From Candidatus Fokinia solitaria (lineage in GTDB: Bacteria > Pseudomonadota > Alphaproteobacteria > Rickettsiales > Midichloriaceae), in the NCBI RefSeq assembly GCF_003072485.1, contig NZ_CP025989.1, forward strand, positions 540,001 through 572,000: DNA of 32,000 nucleotides. The letters run 5' to 3'. Both the position numbers and the translations under genes were made by a program. Each line of letters starts with the position of its first letter. Position 1 is the first letter of the stretch. The notes below the pieces were generated by a model. The model made no database searches. It saw nothing but the letters and a program-made list of their open reading frames with translations, and was not told where the DNA came from. Positions 15,001 through 19,400 of the stretch are shown one piece after another.

Positions 15001-16499
15001 TTAATGCCATGCCTTTTGTCATGATTTTTGATCTTATTAAAGAACTCTTCTTCAGTAGTAGTAAATTGCTCTTGTAGATCTTCGAAAATCTTCTTAGCTT
15101 CTATGTATTGAACCTGTTCATCAATATTCTCTTTCATTTTTACGAATTCGTCACTTTTCTTACTCCAAGTTATAATAATATCCTGAAGCTTCTTTATCAT
15201 TATCGATAAATATTCCTCTTTTACTTTTACAAAATATCCATCAAACGTAATATCAGAAGTAGCGTCATTCCAAGATATGCACTGTTCATCTTTCACAAAT
15301 ATATTAGAGTTCGCTAAATGATTTATTCTCTGCCCAACTTCTATTATAAATTGACATTTTGCTTTTAATTCACTTTCTCCAGCTTTCAATAAGCTATCTA
15401 CTTTTTTTCTTAATTGCTCATCTTTCTCATAACTACTATGCGAAAGATCTTGAATCGCTTGAATTCCTTTATAACTAGGAAATTCAGCTTCTTTAAAAAA
15501 TTCTTCAAGACGTTTAAATTCATAAACTTCCATAGTAAATTTTTCTACTATCTTCAGCACCTCTTGCCTTACAGACGATATTTTTGATGTTGTATAACCA
15601 GCAATAGCTTTACAGAAAGTTTCTGCATCTGCAGCCCATTGTAATATCTCGCCAATTAGTGCTTTTCGCGGAAAAGTTGAAGATAACATCTCTTTTTTAC
15701 CACTTCTCTCTACGATCACAATTCCATTTAATGCTGTTCTCGAGATAGTCTTCAATAACGTTTCTAAGTCAAGTATTTTTTGTTCAGATTGCTCCTCGAG
15801 TACGTTCACAAGATCTCTCAAAGCAACACTATTACGTTCATTCTCTATATTTGCACTACCTGTAAAATAACCATTTAGCGCAAACTCAAGATTTACCTTT
15901 AGAGAAGTAGATTGTACGAATGATGCATCTTTCCGATTCTTTCCAAAAAGTGCTATCAATTCTTTTAATGATTCTTCAGAAACATCATAGAGATTCACTG
16001 CATCAGAAGAAACAAAAGATGAATCTTGCAGTGTTGAAAATTTCTTCTCTAAAGCTATACGCTTATTTAGATATTCATCATATTGTGAGAAGCTGGTAAT
16101 TTTATCGAATAATTTCGCAAATAATGCAGCATTTTCACGATATACGCTACCCGATAAAGTACCTTTAAAAGAAATTCCTTTGTTTAATGTGCTATAAAAT
16201 TCACTAAATGAATCTGACACAGTCTGTATCATTGCAAGATTCGCCTTACTCGCTTTTTCTAATTCAGAAGAAGCTAATTTTACTTTATGATACACGTACA
16301 TCTCTATATCTAGAGCTGCTTTTAAAAATTGTAGTAATTGTGCCAAAAGTACAATTTCAAATTCTGATGCGCCTTCTTTCGCTTTTTCTTTTTTTATTAG
16401 ATTTCCAAAAGTCACTTCGGCAGAACTTAACGCGTCGAATAAAGAAGCTCTTGCGCTTTTCATTTCAGCGGAAAATTCTTCACTTTCCATAATATATTG
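1..16499 (-). other. Giant protein aa ~1518 to beyond 7016: very long Glu/Lys/Leu/Ser/Ile/Asn-rich region, apparently alpha-helical or coiled-coil
   Basis: My running hand translation shows few Pro, Gly, Trp or Cys residues and many heptad-like Leu/Ile spacings. One checked example is RLLLALRDKEETSDAIIQYL at 10500-10559. The plus strand is dominated by ttc, ctt, tct, atc and agc triplets, which are the complements of Glu, Lys, Arg, Asp and Ala codons. The secondary-structure assignment is by eye only. Confidence 0.4.
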
Positions 16500-19400
16500 C
16501 TCCAACTCAGAATTCATTACATCGCTTCCTCTTGATAGCTCTTTTCCTGTAGCGATTTCTATCAATTTACTCTTATAAAGATATCCACTGCCATTATCAT
16601 TAGGAAATTTCACCTTTCCAAAATATTTCTTCGTATCTTCGATCTCAATATTAGAAGGCACTACTGAAGTATTGTATCGTGTATATAACTGCGTTACGAC
16701 ATCATCATCTACTGAGAACAGTTGTATATTTTTTTGCTCCATTACAAATAAGAGATGTTTCACTCTACCACTGTCTTTCAGATGAGATACAAAAACATCA
16801 TACTCGGCATCACCTATAACGAGTTTTACTCGCTTATACTGCAACAGTGCAGCACTAATATCTAATGTAGTACTTTCAGTAATAATACTGTCAAGTATTT
16901 TATAGAAATCATCATGCTGTACACTAAAATCTCTGCTGCTAAAACGACTATCACCAATAATTACTGTACCTCGCGTAACATTACTCTCAAATAAATTAGA
17001 CTTAACGTATTCTTCATCGCCTACAACGACAATAGCATCTTCGATATTGAAAAGACCGTCCTTTCTGTAATACGTATTACGCGAAGAAATCTCTAATCCA
17101 AGAAATTTTTTCACACCACCTTTTACAATGCCGTTCAAATCGCCTAGCACTGCATAAGCACTGCTTGCTAAAGCCTTATCTGATACTTTTTTCACTTCTC
17201 TTCTATTGGCAACATCAGAAAATACTACATAAAAGTCCTCTTCATTATTTTCAAAAACCAAATACACATTTCTTTCGTCTTTTTCATATTCATTAAGCGA
17301 AAATTTCAATGCAAGTTGCTTATTAGAAACAGCATAACATACGACGTCTTTGATATTATGCAAAATAAAAGCACCTCCAATACCTTTTAGTATTTCTGCT
17401 ATTTCTTTACTTAATACGTGAACATTTGGTTTTCTATCCATTAGCCACTCTAAATCCATAGCAGAAAGCTGTCCATCTGCGACTTTAGCAAAGCCCATAA
17501 TAACATCATCACTAAAGTCGTCTACTTTACCAGATAATGCATTAACTTCATTGGTAAATGCTAAATTTTCAGAATATTGAACTTTAGCTCCTTTCTCTAC
17601 TTTACCATTATTAATGATATAACAATCTACATCCTGTGACTCTCTGAAAAGCATCACTGCATGCTCAACACTATCAGCATTGATAACAATTACATAAGAA
17701 TCTTTGTTATCCACAGTATTAGTATATTTGAGCACTTTATAAGCTCCTACAGTAATTCCGAATTTTTTACTGAAAACATCTACTATGAAATGATTCATAT
17801 CTTCTAAAAATTTTTCCTTTTCTATCTCACTAATCTTATCATCAAGATCGCTTTGCCTAAATTCTGAATATACCATACCGTTAATAAGGCTTATTATTGC
17901 ATCATTTGTCGCAAAAGAACGCGGTATGTTTAGCACGTGATCTGGTTCTCCGATAAATTGAACCATCTTGCTGGAAATAACATCATCTACATAATGCTGC
18001 ACTTTTCCAGCGTCATCGATATAATATAAACCTCTACCACCTTCCTCATCTGATATATGCATGATTGATTCATTTTGAGTCATTCCGCTCTCACTTCCAG
18101 AATGAGATATTACAATAATACGCACAGTACCGCTTTCGATAATAAGATGCGCAAAGCTTTCTCCCTCAAATTTTCCAAATTTGCCATTCTCCTTACTTCT
18201 GTCTACTATTTCTGATAAAATACGCTCATTGTCAGACTTTTGCACAAAAATAAGATCTTCTTGAGTATCTTGAGAAATACCGTTATCCGCAGCATCTTCA
18301 AATTCAGAAGGATTTTCATCTCCTCCTACTTCTGATGTAGTATGATTGTAATTAGACTCTTGCTCGAAAGTAGGTTTTTGCTCAGTATCTTGGAAAGTAC
18401 CGTTATTCGCAGCATCTTCAAATTTAGAAGGATTTTCATCTCCCCCTACTTCTGATGTAATATTGTAATTAGACTCTTGCTCGAAAGTAGGTTTTTGCTC
18501 AGTATCTTGGAAAGTATCGTTATTCGCAGCATTTTCAAATTCAGAAGAATTCTTATATCTTCCTACTTCTGATGTAATATTGTAATTAGACTCTTGCTCG
18601 AAAGTAGGTTTTTGCTCAGTATCTTGGAAAGTACCGTTATTCGCAGCATCTTCAAATTCAGAAGAATTCTTATATCTTCCTACTTCTGATGTAATATTGT
18701 AATTAGACTCTTGCTCGAAAGTAGGTTTTTGCTCAGTATCTTGGAAAGTACCGTTATTCGCAGCATCTTCAAATTCAGAAGAATTCTTATATCTTCCTAC
18801 TTCTGATGTAATATTGTAATTAGACTCTTCCTCAGAAATAAATTCTTCTTCAGTACCTTGGAACTCTTCCTCAGGAATAAATTTTTCTTCAGCACCTTGA
18901 GAAATACCGTTATTCGCAGCATTTTCAAATTCAGAAGAATTCTTATCTCCTCCTACTTCTGATGTAATATTGTAATTAGACTCTTGCTCGAAAGTAGGTT
19001 TTTGCTCAGTACCTTGGAACTCTTCCTCAGAAATAAATTCTTCTTCAGTACCTTGGAACTCTTCCTCAGAAATAAATTCTTCTTCAGTACCTTGAAAAAT
19101 ACCGTTATTCGCAGCATCTTCAAATTCAGAAGGATCAATACTACCAATTGATTGCGTCTCCTCTAAATCCAGGTGTCCAATAGCAAAATTTATCACTGCT
19201 CTTCTACCATCATCAGTACTCATCATGTCGTACTCTGTAGGAAGATCTTTAGATTCAACACAAAAAGAACGTAGATTGAATGTAAGTTCTACAGCGCCTA
19301 CTAACTGCACTGCATTATCATCAGCATGATATAACGTATACCCTGACGCATCTTTAGAAATTAAGAATAAATCATCAATTACATATAACTGAGTAGTAGT

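Noticed and set aside
18264-19135. The repeat array as a possible CRISPR locus.
   Set aside because: The units are contiguous with no unique spacers. Every unit length is a multiple of 3 (39, 117 or 120 bp), and the array is read in frame within a CDS. No cas genes are present.
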